DNA of 64,000 bases, from positions 129,704,001-129,768,000 of the forward strand of contig NC_042998.1 of assembly GCF_006345805.1 (NCBI RefSeq). Reading direction: 5' to 3'. Each line of letters starts with the position of its first letter. The first letter of the stretch is position 1. Under the pieces are notes generated by a model. It made no database searches. It saw only the letters and a program-made list of their open reading frames with translations, and was not told the DNA's origin. The position numbers were made by a program, and so were the translations under genes. The stretch is from Octopus sinensis (taxonomy: Eukaryota). Of the stretch, positions 34,476 through 47,893 are shown piece by piece.

Positions 34476-35110
34476 TGAATCTAGATGTAAGAGCAGATAG
34501 GTATTTCAGTGTACACAACAGAATATTTGAGCAACTTATAATTAATGAAAAGGATGCACCGAAAGTGTATATTGCGATTTTACAATTTTATGTGAATTTA
34601 AATGGAAATGTCACATATAGAACAGGAATGAAAAAACAATTACTCAAATGCTACAACAAAAATTTCAAAAAACTCTGTTTGATACGTAAGGGGAACTATA
34701 TCCGAGTAAAAGATTGACATTCAAACGTAGAACTATGATCCCTTAAAAATAATAACAAGAAAAAATAATCGAAATCAAGTACCGAGAAGGGATAAAATAA
34801 TAGGTTGAACACACAGCTGCAAAAAAGATACAAGTGTTCGCAGTAGGAATCCATCACAATAGTCAATATACAAATTAACAACAAAAATCTGAAATAATAT
34901 CAAATAGCAAGAAATACAAATCTATACTATAAAATATTTACACCTAGAAAAGAGAAATAGATATTACTTAAATCACATTTACTATGCAACAATAAGTATA
35001 TAAAGGAAGCATTAAGGTCACATATAAACGTGATGCAACCAAACGCAATGCAAGTAAATAATATGAATAAAATAAAATAAATAAATAAAAATATCAGTCA
35101 CCGGTTGTGT

Positions 35111-35870
35111 GGAGGCCCAGGCGTGGCTGTGTGGTAAGAAGTTTGATTCCTAAGTACAAGGTTCCGACTTCAGTCCCACTGCGCGGTTCTTTTGGCAAAT
35201 ATCTTCTACTATAGTAGAAAACCTTGTGAGCGGATTTAGTAGATGGATACTAAAAGAAAACTCTTACATACATACACACATACATACACACACACATACA
35301 TACATACATACATACATGCATGCATGCATACACACATACATACATACATATATATATGGATCTTAAATATGGACCTTAAATTCATCTATCTATCTATCTA
35401 TCTATCTATCTGTCTGTCTGTCTGTCTGTCTGCCTATCTGTCTGTCTGTCTGTATGTATGTACGTATGCATGTATGTATTTATTACATATGAAAAGTGCA
35501 ATATAATCCAAAAATCCACAAAGTGTGTGAACGGATAGAAATAATGTAAGCTATGCGTAGCTGAAAGAACTCAGATCCTTTTCAGATCTTAGAACTCTAT
35601 CTCACTGCTGAATTTTAGATACGAAATTTTAGCATGAGGCTAAGATTTTGTTGGCGATTTGGAAAGTACCACTCTCTCCGGATTGAGCCACCGTCACTGT
35701 TTGAGAAAGGGACTTTGTTGTATTTACTTCGCAGTAACTTAGCGGTTTTGAAAAAGCCGATGGAATAAGTACCAGACGTTAAAAAATACAAGTACTGGGG
35801 TCGATCCGTTCCAGTAAAATTCTTCAAGCTGGTGCCCCCAGCATGATCGCAGTCTGATGACTGAAACAAA
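35111..35870 (+). mobile_element. SINE family A, split by expanded microsatellites and an AT-rich insert
   Basis: Head ggcgtggctgtgtggtaag..ttcagtcccactgcg at 35120-35185; 3' body cttagcggtt..gaataagtacc..ggggtcgat..gactgaaaca at 35735-35870. Confidence 0.8.
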
Positions 35871-36859
35871 ATAGGTCAATATACGAGAATGAAATCCCAG
35901 ATTAGCACAGAGAAATATTTACCAACACCAATATAAAAATCCAATAAGTCAAAATAATAGATAAATAGGAATGATGCGCAAGCAACTAAATAAAAGAATA
36001 ACCAGGAATATAAGAATAGTTTCGGAACATTTAAATACATAAAATTGTCGGAAATGCTCACTAGATCCGGTGAATGGGAGACAAAGACTATTTGAGAACT
36101 ATTAAAAATTTAGTGGAAGAGCATAGACACATAAAACAACACAAAATGAGTTAAAATCTACGCAATTCTCATTTACATGAAGCGCAGAACGTTTACGAAT
36201 GCATAAGAAAGAAGTATAATTCATGAAAGTGAGAGTTAGAATCACAACATATAAAAAAAACAGGAGCTGATGTGATGGCTCTGTCAAATAACTCATAAAA
36301 TATAACAAAATTTTTTATATCAGAATACTTAAGTACCTGAAATCATTTGACATCAATGAAGATATTGAGAATGTTATTGCGGTAATCATGATTCATTTCA
36401 AATCAACATTCGCCTGCAGTCAAAGATCACTCAGTTAAATTGAGATTAAAATTGGTAATTTTTAAGGTCAATCATTATACCCATTTGATTGTTTCAATGA
36501 AAGAGAAGACCGAGATAAACTCAAATCAAACCTAACAAATGAATAATCTAGCTAATATTAATGGATCGCTTGAAACTTTTCTGAGTATGAAAAGACGGTG
36601 ATGGAATTTTCCTTCAACTAAACCAGCAATAAAGTTATTCACGGCAGGCGAGGTATATACATAACTGTTATGACTAAGTTATAACGAAAAGTACAGTTCA
36701 ATACGATAATTAATATTCTGCCAAGATAATAAAAATTCCCATTAAACTGTGGATGAAAGACGAACCGAATAAAACGGATTTATGTCAATGCTGTTGATAA
36801 CATACAAAGTTTCACAAAGAAAAGAATGGTATTAAACTGTATCCATCACTTTAGTACAG

Positions 36860-36964
36860 CACATATGATAATTATAACGGAAATCAGCTAAGTCAACATG
36901 CCACTAAAGGAATTCGAGTTGGTGGGATTTCTCCTTATGAAACAATTCTACACCTACGACAGAC
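36860..36964 (+). CDS. Candidate coding exon W of an unidentified host gene (alternative acceptor 36855)
   Basis: tttagtacag| acceptor, AC|GTGAGT donor; reads TYDNYNGNQLSQHATKGIRVGGISPYETILHLRQ and ends in phase 2, compatible with exon A. Confidence 0.45.
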
Positions 36965-37214
36965 GTGAGTTATTTTACCAAAGACTCTATTTACATGTTT
37001 AGTGTTTGGTTCGGGCTATGTCTCCTGGTACATTGGAACTGAAAGAACTTACAAAAAGGGAATGCCACACATAAATGTGATGAAAGAAAGCTTTCATTGA
37101 AAGGTAAAGTAGTGGTTGAGAACATATAATTTAGCATAATTTTTGTTACTACCAACTAGTGAGTCTAGGTCTAGCTTTCGTCTGAAACAAACGATGCATT
37201 TGTTTTTCTCTTCA

Positions 37215-38160
37215 GATGGTTAGATTAGTTACAAAGACTATCTGTTGCTAGTAAATTCTGCGTGGTGGGTTTAGAATGCCGATGCTGATGATGCATATGT
37301 ATACGTTAAAATTGTAGATTCTTGAAGTGACAAATACTAGGTCTCTCTCAATGATGTATGTATTTCCACGGCTCGCTACTTTAATGGAGTTGCAGACCTG
37401 GCATCACATGCAAGCTCACTTGCTGCTGTTGCTCTACAAAAGTAAGATGGAATACAAAAAATATGGCTAGAGATTTTGGTGATGACATTGATCATTCGCT
37501 GCTTGTTTCCTTTGCACGTAAGTAGTGCAGTGGTCGCAACAAAACCGTGTCATCATGACACGGAAGATTAAAAGTTTATCTCTGAGTTATTCCTCAGTGT
37601 GGACGTTAATGATACTGATGGGTCAAAAAAGAAGGCATAACATGCATGTAAAGCAATCGATGAAACTAGAACAAAATATTTTAGATACGAACAAGAGCAG
37701 CAGGTAGCTAAAGAGGCAGCAATATCACATCTCTGGTGTGAGGCCATTACCGATTCTGATGCTCTTATAATAGATGCTGGTAGAGCCACAGCAGAAGTAA
37801 AAGCAAACAGAATCGCCTCATTCTCAGTGAAATATGCAATAAGAACCAATGAAGTAGGACAGTTTGGAATCAAAGGATACTCTTCTCTAGCAGGGAACTG
37901 GATGAAAGGTCCGTACTGTAGTTCGGCCATAATGTCCCGTGGCACTAAAGAAGTTGCAGATTGGGGAGAAACGGAAGATAGGAGCATAATAAAAAAATAC
38001 ACAGGAAGCAAAACCAAGGAACGGATTCAGATTAAAGACAAAAACATACTGAAATTTCTCACTTAGCTGCCTGAAGTGATGAATGTGTTTCGAAGTTGCC
38101 CCGGTAACAATGAGTGGTTAATCAAAATGTTGAAACCCACACCCACCACCACAAAAAATT
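37215..38160 (+). pseudogene. Degenerate unidentified reading frame
   Basis: One frame for about 315 codons with about 8 internal stops, including about 140 stop-free codons (37641-38063); antisense shadow ORF 37568-38017. Family not recognised. Confidence 0.35.
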
Positions 38161-39270
38161 AAATGTTACAATGGTGCTGTGCTGATTGAGAAGGCGCTAG
38201 GTGCCAAAAACACCAATAGTTTATCTAGAGTTAAGGTAGTATTTAACACACGTTGTGGGACGCTTCATAGTTGAACTACATCTAGTAATGCTTAAAAGTA
38301 ATTTGAAAGGTTAGGTTTGGAAAGCAAACAAAGACAACTCAATAAAGTGTATATACTTGAAGGTTAGCTGAAAATGGCGTCAAACACAATACCTTGTGTT
38401 GCAAGGTATGCAGAAGTGTGCAGAAATTATTCCATCGGTAGGTGACGTGCTTAATGACTGAAAATATATGTTATCCCCGAATAATATATCATTGATGAAT
38501 CAGACAGTAACAGAATTAGACTGGTGGTTGAGAGAGTTACTCATATACTATTGTGATACTGAGTATACATGAATAATGTCTAGCCGCAAACAACTAACGT
38601 TGCGATTTAGTGAAGAAAAATGCACAAATGTAGCGTGTACCTTATAAGAAGTGTAACGAATTGGTTTTCTAAATCGTCACTGTCTTTGTTAAGTTCTAGA
38701 ATATTCACAGACACCATCACGTCAACAGCTAAATGCACTGCGTCATAAACTTTTACATGTTAGCTCTGTATTAAATTTCTCACCGCCTTCAGTATTTAAA
38801 ATAATTGCTTGTTTTTTATTTTATTTTCATGATTTAGTTTAACGTTTCCCATTGCTTTGTCCATATCCAATTCTTTTTCTTCGGTGTAATTAAATAACTT
38901 ATATTACTTTCTTATATATAAAAACAAAACGCCTTTTTATCCCAAGTGTCTTTATTGCAGTAGGAGTTTTCCTTAGCTCGCTTTTGTCCAACTCTTGTTA
39001 TTTTGTAGTGGTTTTCTATTTCTACAGAGATCCACCGTTTTGTATGCGGTATATCTTTATCAGTTTTGCAATGGTAGCTTTATATCATAGTTACTAGTTT
39101 CCTCATTTTTGTATTTAATCTCTCAAATAAATTCAATATAATGCAGGCATATGATGATGAAGCAGCGATTAATAACTAGAAAGGCTTGCATGTTTATACA
39201 TGTTTGATTTCTATCAATGAATTCAATTTTTGATGTGAATCTGTCTTGTTGCACCCTTTTTTAATTTTCT

Positions 39271-39306
39271 ACAATAATAATAATAATAATAATAATAATA
39301 GTAATG

Positions 39307-39357
<51 letters not shown>

Positions 39358-39359
39358 GC

Positions 39360-39392
<33 letters not shown>

Positions 39393-39459
39393 TATTATTA
39401 TTATTATATTATTATTATTATTATTATTATCATCATTGTTGTTGTTTTTGTTATTATTA

Positions 39460-39548
<89 letters not shown>
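39271..39548. repeat. (AAT)n abutting (ATT)n: large quasi-palindromic microsatellite
   Basis: Strand switch near 39391. Confidence 0.97.
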
Positions 39549-39637
39549 CGAAATTGTTGTTTAATACGGGGGAGAATACAAAGTGTAAAAGTGTCAAAGA
39601 TCAGCAGTTAAATTAATCTATTTGAAGTTGCAAATAG

Positions 39638-39761
39638 ATTATTGGCTTGCCATAGTTTCTACCATCTGGATGTGCTGGCATGCAAAGATAACCATTGGAT
39701 ATCGAGGAAACGGTTGGAGTTATTTTATGACACGAATCAATTCAATCAGCAGCAAAGAGTC
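39638..39761 (+). CDS. Candidate coding exon A
   Basis: caaatag| (weak pyrimidine tract), GTC|GTAAGT donor; open as LLACHSFYHLDVLACKDNHWISRKRLELFYDTNQFNQQQRV (a second frame is also open). Confidence 0.45.
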
Positions 39762-40666
39762 GTAAGTTAGCGATCATCAATGAAAGGAATTATTTAAAAT
39801 TTAGTGAAGATCCCTCGCGAGGAAAAAGTTGTTATTTTATTTTTAAATTTCTGAATTATTTTTCGGAAACGAAAATTGGTAGCTAATGTCTAATTAACTA
39901 TATTGTAGCGAAAAGACACATGAGACTTGTATGGAAACTCGTGATAGCGTGCCGTGCTGTGGGCGAAATCATGACCCCTGTTAAGAGAGAGCATTATGTG
40001 AACTCACAGTTATGTATCGCAATCCACTCATCTTTGTATGTCACTTGCAACAAAATGCAAACTTACATTCAATCACTTCTTTACATTATATGTGTTCCAT
40101 ATCACGCATTCTAGTATGGAACCGGAAACAAGTGTTGCACGATATAATTCCACATAGGAGGAGATATCTTCACTGAAAATATCCTCATGTAGAGTAATTA
40201 GCAAAATATGTAACCTTACCAAATATTTAACGCAAACGAAAACTTACTGTCATGGTAATTTTGGTTACACCGAGGAAATTAAATATAAGAAACTTATCAA
40301 ATGTGATAGATTATTATTAGCAGCAACGTTTTGTTGACAAGGACATCATTTTCAGTGTGGTTTATACCAAAGATTCACAAACATAATTTGTTAATTTCGT
40401 GTAGCTTAGATAAACTGCAGTATCATCACATGAGTTAAAATCAGAGATCGGGTTTCGTGTTGGGGTATCTAGACGTATTGCAAAGTCATCTCATTTTGCA
40501 CCAAGAAGCCAATACCGCAGTATAGTTTGTTCTGATAGAACATCCACGTTTCACAATACACACACACACACACACATACTGGACTAACCGTGACCCGTTG
40601 CGTCACCAGGAAATCTGAGTTTCTCAGCAACGGAGTTTTGCTTCGTGTTTTTTTTTTCTTTTCCAG

Positions 40667-40709
40667 ACTATCTTGCATGCTTTCAACGAGTGTGACATCG
40701 AAATCATGC
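40667..40709 (+). CDS. Candidate 43-nt exon B
   Basis: ttttttttttcttttccag| acceptor, GC|GTAAGC donor, ACTAAC branch-like site at 40583-40588; phase 0 reads TILHAFNECDIEIM. Confidence 0.6.
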
Positions 40710-40737
40710 GTAAGCGTCTCCTTTAACCAGAAGAAGG

Positions 40738-40847
40738 AAGATTTGGCTTGCTATTTCTGCTACCACGTAACAGAGGTATTTCGGGTCCTCTATCGCAAAT
40801 GGCAGTTACGTGATAGCAGGGTGTGCTAAAAATAGCAGCCAAATCTT
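40738..40847 (+). other. 110-nt multi-helix hairpin (37 Watson-Crick pairs in 5 helices)
   Basis: aagatttggc/gccaaatctt, tgctattt/aaatagca, ctgcta/tagcag, cacgtaac/gttacgtg, agagg/cctct. Confidence 0.85.
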
Positions 40848-43374
40848 TGGACGTGAGATATGTTGAATGCACTCGAACAAAACCTATGGAAAAAAGTATT
40901 GCACACTGAGATTACGAACGTGTCTTTCACGAAATATTTATGCCCCCACTCCAAACTTTTGTAATAGTATTCACTTCAAAATAATTTCATAAAACATTAA
41001 AATATTGTCTATTTTAAGAAAGCTAAAATATAAGTATTTATTGTACAAGCAACTTACACTTTTTGAAATCACATTCACTTCAAAATATTTCTGAATGACA
41101 GAAATATTGTGTTTAGCAAAAGCGAAATATTTGACAAAATGGAAACATTTACAGTGTAAAATAAATCGTAATTTTTCGTTGTCAACTCACGGCTAACCGA
41201 AAGGTAGGAGTTACTTCCCTTCCAGGATTAAATTAATTTCGGAGACTTTTCCTATTATGCACTGCTTTTAGTATTTATACCCCGAAGACCCTTAATATCT
41301 TCAAGAAAAGTTTTGATTAAATCTCAATTAAATTTTGATTAAATCTCAATCGTGTTTGCTATTATTATTTCGATGGAAAGTGCCAGTAAAATTTGGATAA
41401 ATTAGAAGATATTTAAAAAATCCAATTAACTATATTGCTGAATCAATAAGAAAACCCTGTTTTGTTCGAAATCCTTTTATGTTTCGTAACATTTGTATAG
41501 ACAGAAGCTTGTGTAAATAAAGAAAAGTTATCTAAGGAATAATTGGATCTATAAGCATTTGGTGTTATGAATAGCAAAACGAAATAACGACTCAAATAAA
41601 ATAATAGAAAAGGATTTTAGTGGAAAAAATTATGCATAATTGTATAAATATAAGCCATAATACTAAAAAAAAAATACTCCAGAATTCAATATATTAACAG
41701 AAGGGTACCTCTTAATTTCCATGCAACGGATTATAAAAGGTTTTTCGAATGATCAAGTAAAAGAAAATAAATCAATCTCTCTCATAAAACAAAACTCTTA
41801 TCTCAAGCAAGCTAATTTAAAATCAATAAAATGTATGTATGCGTGTAAAATACGATGTGTTACTAAAAGCAATTTTATAACATAAAAACAACACTATTAT
41901 TAAATGGAAAAGAAGAATGTTTTGGATGAGAATATTAATATTGACGTAAGATTCAGACAAGCTGCATCCAGTGAAATTTAGAGAAAACTGTTGGGTAGTT
42001 AAAAAAATATACATGTAGAAAACGAAAACATCTTTATTAATAGATATGGAAAACATAGAGAAGAGGATTTAAGGATATTATATTTGAAAAGCATGTTATG
42101 AATTAAGTTAATGGAAATCTATCTATTTATCTATCTGTTCGTCTATGTGAATAAGTATTGATTAATGTATAAAACAACGGGCGCCATTTGCAATCAAGTA
42201 AAATTTGTTTTCCTGCACCATGCTTTGGATCATTATTTTAGGTGATTGTGTAGTTACTAGCCTTGACTAAGCAGAATATTCGGTGCTGGAAGAAATGAGA
42301 CCTGGACTAGCACTAGGCTGATACATATCGTTCAGTTCATTAGGCTGCAACAATTTGGAATGAATCCTGTGCCACCTTATTTTGTGAAACCTTATTTATG
42401 TGTGCCACATTAATTTGTGAAAAATGGTATAAAGAATCTATAAAATTTGTCTTTCTGATTAGACTGACTGATTTTTGTTTCGTTCTTTTTTATGTGAATT
42501 TTGCTATTGTAAGTTGTTTCTAAGTTTTTCCGGGCGTTTACTATTTCGTAAGTAGCTTTTGTCAATCAGTTTTCTCATTTTGGGTTCTGTTAGAGCATTG
42601 GTAGCTTTGGTTGCATAACGTGGAAAATATTGGTTATTCCAGGGTTGTGTGTGTTAATACATGAAATAGTCCTTAGTCAAAAACAACATCTGATTTTTCA
42701 ATTAAAAATCTTGACTACTACAAAATTTATTTCACAAGTGTTTTCACTGCTAACAACTTGTGTGAAGCTATTTGCTAATAGAGTCCCTCTTCAGTTAATC
42801 TCCTTGTGGTCCCACTGCATCTTCTGCCAGGCAGCTTTACCCCCCTCCCCTCCATTAATGAATACAAAGGAATAAAGAATCAAAACATGGAAATGCAATT
42901 ATAATTTTTACTGAAGAAAGTGAAAAAACATCTGGTTTTTCAATTAAAAGCCTTGACCAATTCAAATACAAAAATTCTTTTACCTTCCCTACCCGAAAAG
43001 GTCATTAAGTATTAAACAAACAATTCTGACCATATCAATACAAAAACCACGCCCCTTTACCCCCCCCCTGCTTCTTTAACCTTTTTCTTCTTTCTTTTCC
43101 TTTGCTTGGTAAACCCCACAATTTCTTATATATAAAAAGGCCAAGAAATCTAACTTTAAACCACTTTTGATAAATCCGATAACGGAAGAAACCACTAAAA
43201 AAATAAATAAAAAGTAAATAAAAATATATACAATCATCTCACATCCTGACTGCCTTAGTATACATACATGCACACACACACAAATATTTATATATAATAT
43301 ACATACATACATATATTTACATATACATACACGCACACGCACACACGTATATACATACACTTATTTTTTTGTTC

Positions 43375-43625
43375 TTTTAATCTTTTACTTATTTAGTCAT
43401 TTGAATGCGGCCGTACTGGAGTACTGCCTTAAAGTGTTCTTTAGTCGAAGTAATTGACCCCAGGTTTTGTTCTTTGCATGTCTAATACTTATTTCATCGG
43501 TCTCATTTGCCGAACCGCTAACTTACGGGGACATAAACACACCAACATCGGGTGTCAAGTGATGGTGACTGGACAAACACAGACACAGACACACGTTCAT
43601 AAACGTATATACACACACACACACA
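43375..43625 (-). mobile_element. SINE family A, 3' half
   Basis: cttttactt..tttgccgaaccgctaacttacggggacataaacacacc matches 12610-12800. Confidence 0.88.
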
Positions 43626-44117
43626 TATGAAATTAACACGCATGTAGCTCACTATTCCATAGTCATGTGTATTGCTAAGGACGTTTTCAGCGTGACATAT
43701 TAGGTGGATTGAGTTTTTGAATTTCAGATGCAATTCAAAAGGTGGGCTTCTACAAACGTTCTCTCAACCGATATTCCTTCACAACATTTTAGCAAACTCG
43801 ACTCAACAGTATAAATGACCTGAGTATGATGCCTTAGTCTGGTATCAAAACCCAGTACCTTATGATTATAAAGCGATATACTTAGCTACATGAGTACACA
43901 ATTAACTTTTATGCATAAATTGCAAAAAATTATAGACCTCTTTTCATTAAAGAATCTTTTGATTTCTCCTTTCAGCTCAGATGAAATGTGTCATTTTTAA
44001 ATCCTTTTAGAACATTCTACATAACGTATCCATCAAGTATAATTTGATTTAAATTTACCAGTCATCATAATACGTTATTAGTGATATAAATAATGTATTA
44101 GAAACTGATTTTCCAAC

Positions 44118-44325
44118 TTAATTTTAATACAAGGCCAGCAGTTTCGAGGGTGGGCGTAAGTGGATTACATCGATCTCAGTGTTGAACTGGCTCTTATTTC
44201 ATCGACCAGGAAAGGATGAAAGGCAAAGTCGGACACCAGCAGCATTCAAACACAGAACACAAAGCGAGACAATATGCCCCTAGGTATTTTGCATGGTGCC
44301 TAAAGTTTCTGCCAGCATGTCAACT
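44118..44325 (-). mobile_element. SINE family B, diverged
   Basis: tacaaggccagca..gattacatcgatctcagt..aaggatgaaaggcaaagtc..ttctgccagc. Confidence 0.8.
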
Positions 44326-44699
44326 CTTTTCAACTTAATATTCTGAATAACTTCTCGCGTTTTTATTTTTTTTTAATTCTTTTTGAAATATAAAAAAATA
44401 CTGTAATAATGATTTAAAAACTCATTAATTTTGCAATACCTGTGTTTTGAGTATTCTCAGCAATTTCTTTTACCTGTGAGGTTAAACGTTTTTGTTTGTT
44501 AAATAGTAAATGTTATATTCATAATGTCATCAACCTCTAGTATAACTCCTACAATCAAACTTATATTACACTTTCCCAGAATTTATTCACAGTATTACAC
44601 AGAGTGCTATATTCAACTTATGACTTGTCTCATAATTGCTCATTCATTTCAACATATATTAAACAAAACAGAACTTCAGTAATTTCTATTGTGATCTTT

Positions 44700-44918
44700 T
44701 ATCTTTTACTTGTTTCAGTTATTTTATTGCGGCCAAGACTGGCACCGACATGAAAGATTTTAGTCGAAGAAATCGATCCTAGGACATATTTCTTTTAAAA
44801 CCTGGTACTTATACTTTTGGTTTCTTTCTCCGAACTGCTCATTTACGGGGACGTAGCTAGTTATCAAGTGAAAAACAGACAAACACACACACACAGACAC
44901 ACACGCACAGACACACAG

Positions 44919-44963
<45 letters not shown>

Positions 44964-45200
44964 GACACACACGCACATACACACAGGCACACACACACAT
45001 ACACACACACCACACACACACACACACACACATACAAAAGCAGACGTAGATATATACATGTATATATACGATGAGCTTCTTTCAGTTACCGTCCACCAAA
45101 TCCACTTTGGTCGGCAGGAAACTACAGTAAAAGAGACTTACCCAGGGTGCCACACAGTGGGACTATGCGAGGAATCACGTGGTTGGGAAGCAAGCTCCTG
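44700..45200 (-). mobile_element. SINE family A with a long internal (AC)n
   Basis: 3' body 44700-44880, (AC)n 44881-45035, head gcttctttcagtt..ccaaatccac..gtgccacacagtgggact 45075-45200. Confidence 0.85.
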
Positions 45201-45700
45201 TAATTTGACTTTATCGTAAGCGATTTTCCCTATTCCAAGAATTAGGACTATTTGCTATACGTTTAGATAGACTTCTTGTGCTTATACGTCTTGTAAATTT
45301 TTCAAACAGTTTGTCAACCTAGATTTCATGAAAATTAGATGTCAATATCATCTACAGTATACATATGTAACTCTATTGCATATATTTGTATTCTTTATTC
45401 CCTGAATATTTTCTGTATGACATTTTATTCCTCAACAATGTTTCATATTATCTAGCTACACAACTACATAGCTATCTACTACTTCAGCGCCCCCTACCTC
45501 CCTCCCTACCTCCCTACCTACCTACATAGATACATACTTATATACATATACACACACGCATACTGACACATAAATACACACACATATATACATATACATA
45601 CATACATATATATACACATATATATATATATATGTATATATAGACATACATACATATATATCTATATACATACATACATACATGTGTGTATGTATATATG

Positions 45701-45737
<37 letters not shown>

Positions 45738-45790
45738 CATGATTGCATGATACTTTCACGAGATCCTTATTTACTACGGAAAGTAAATAG

Positions 45791-45827
<37 letters not shown>

Positions 45828-47893
45828 GTGCATATGCACTGTATATATATATATACATATATATATATAACCGCTTTCTTTGATAACATTGAGAATCACT
45901 TTTTGAAATAACTTGAGAATTGTGAATTCTTTTTTGCCTTCTTTTCACATAATGGCTGGTGACAATGGCACTTAGAAATTGGAAAATAATTCATCTTTTA
46001 GGATTGAACAATTGTCTCAAAATTTTCAAATGCTTCATCTTTTACAGCGGTGAGCATTCTTATTTGCAAAAAGCGCACCCCCCACCACCACTAACAGTAG
46101 CGTATTTTGATATATTTCGCATTTTTTTCGTTGTAAGTAAAGAAAATGTATATAAATAAATTAAAAGCGAACTGAAAGGAAAATATGCAAGTTATTTCAC
46201 GAACCTTCCTGTGTTACATTTACAAGCCAATAGCAAAGGTAAATGGAATTGATTTAGGATTTTAGTTTGAAGACGCAGTGTCTACTTGGTGGAAACAAAG
46301 TAGAATTTCTTTCCTAGTGAATGATGTTCAGCGTGGCGAAATCGTTCAAGTAGTGATAGAAACTACCCGCTCTGATTAGTTAGGTTTTTTTAGTTGATTT
46401 TGCAAATGCAATAAATGGGATAAAATGCATTTGGTTGAGCATGGTTATTCTGAAATTTCAAAGGCAAACCTTCAGTAAGCAAATTGAATTTATGAAAGCT
46501 CTGCGTATATAAACATATGCTAGACATGCAAAAGTTATTCATATAAATAATACATATTATATCAATATATAACATAAATATTTATATAAATATATAAGTA
46601 AATATAAAAGGAGATTGCATAGCCAATCCTATAAGGAGCATTTAAACAGAGATCGCCATTCCATATCTTGTAACTGGAAATTTAAAATGGCCCTGTACAC
46701 GTAGGAATAAAAAGTTACAACATGGTAGAAAATTACGCATGCGTAAGCAATAACATCATTGGATATATGGTCTCTTAGAACGATCTATATTTTCAAATCA
46801 GTGATTCACTGCATAAATTATTAAGTCCAAAATCCACTTGCCAAATTCAGTTCCTTAGCATGTCGTGCAGAGTGGAACTTCTGAATGTGAGGGGAAAAGT
46901 GTATTGGGATTACCCTGGTCTCTTTAAAAGTCGATAGATGAAATCCCCAGCAGAGAAATATTATTGGTCAAGCGATATTTAGTTTGAATCAGTTGCCCAA
47001 CTACTGTATATCCACCCAATATTCAATAGACAAATTATTTTTGATTTCTTCACTTTCGTAGATATCTCAGTCAGTTCTTTCTTATATTAGAGACCACCAT
47101 CATAAAAGCGGAATAATATTGTGAATGAGATATGTTCGAAAACCAGACAGATCACAGCTGGAGGAACATCGCTTAGATATCTCTCCAATCGTGGCCGATC
47201 TGAGAATATAGAATAGTTTTAACACGTCACAAATAATGTCATCTGTGAAAACTACATACACGCTGTAATCAGAATCCATCGCAAATCAATTTTATCAGTC
47301 TGCTATATACATTAAACACGTGTTTATTTGCTAATTTACCTTAAATGAAAACGAGCTTTAAAATTTGGAGCTGAATTTCTATCAGAGTCTTTCTATACCT
47401 TTCATTTTTCCCTCTGTCAATGAAATGGGGACAGCTCAAAAAAGGGTGATATAACATTCCAAAATATATGACCTTACAAAGTACACACACACACACCCAT
47501 ATTCGTGTGCGTGTGTGTGTGTGTATGTGTCTGTGTGTATTTATGTGTATCGATGACGGATTCTCTGCATCGAACTCCATACCACTCATCTTCCTACGAC
47601 ATTCGCCCTCTTCCATTTAACTGAAGTCGTACCCCCGTTCTTACAGTTCGAAAGCGATATCTGTCAGCAATTGCGAATGGGTCCTAAATATGTCAAATTA
47701 TTAGTCACGAAATTTTCTCATCAAAACACAACCACATATCACCACTCTACTTCCACAGCATCAATACATACAACAGTAGCACCACCATCGCTGTAACTAC
47801 ATTTCTTACCACAATAACCACATGAACATCACTAAAACTACAGCACCATCAATTTGTCACATTATTTGTGACGGGTCCCTGCAACACCAATTA

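Noticed and set aside
41311-41350. 18-bp tandem duplication ttttgattaaatctcaat
   Set aside because: Two units only; an ordinary slippage duplication.
46002-46049. Candidate exon (IEQLSQNFQMLHLLQ), a 2-nt exon at 46048-46049 and a 28-nt exon at 46859-46886
   Set aside because: Splice signals are plausible, but they fit the chain only by adding further unsupported exons; too many degrees of freedom without RNA data.
47647-47687. Terminal exon LRKRYLSAIANGS* after exon B
   Set aside because: It has a good acceptor and compatible phase, but is short enough to be chance and competes with other equally unsupported continuations.
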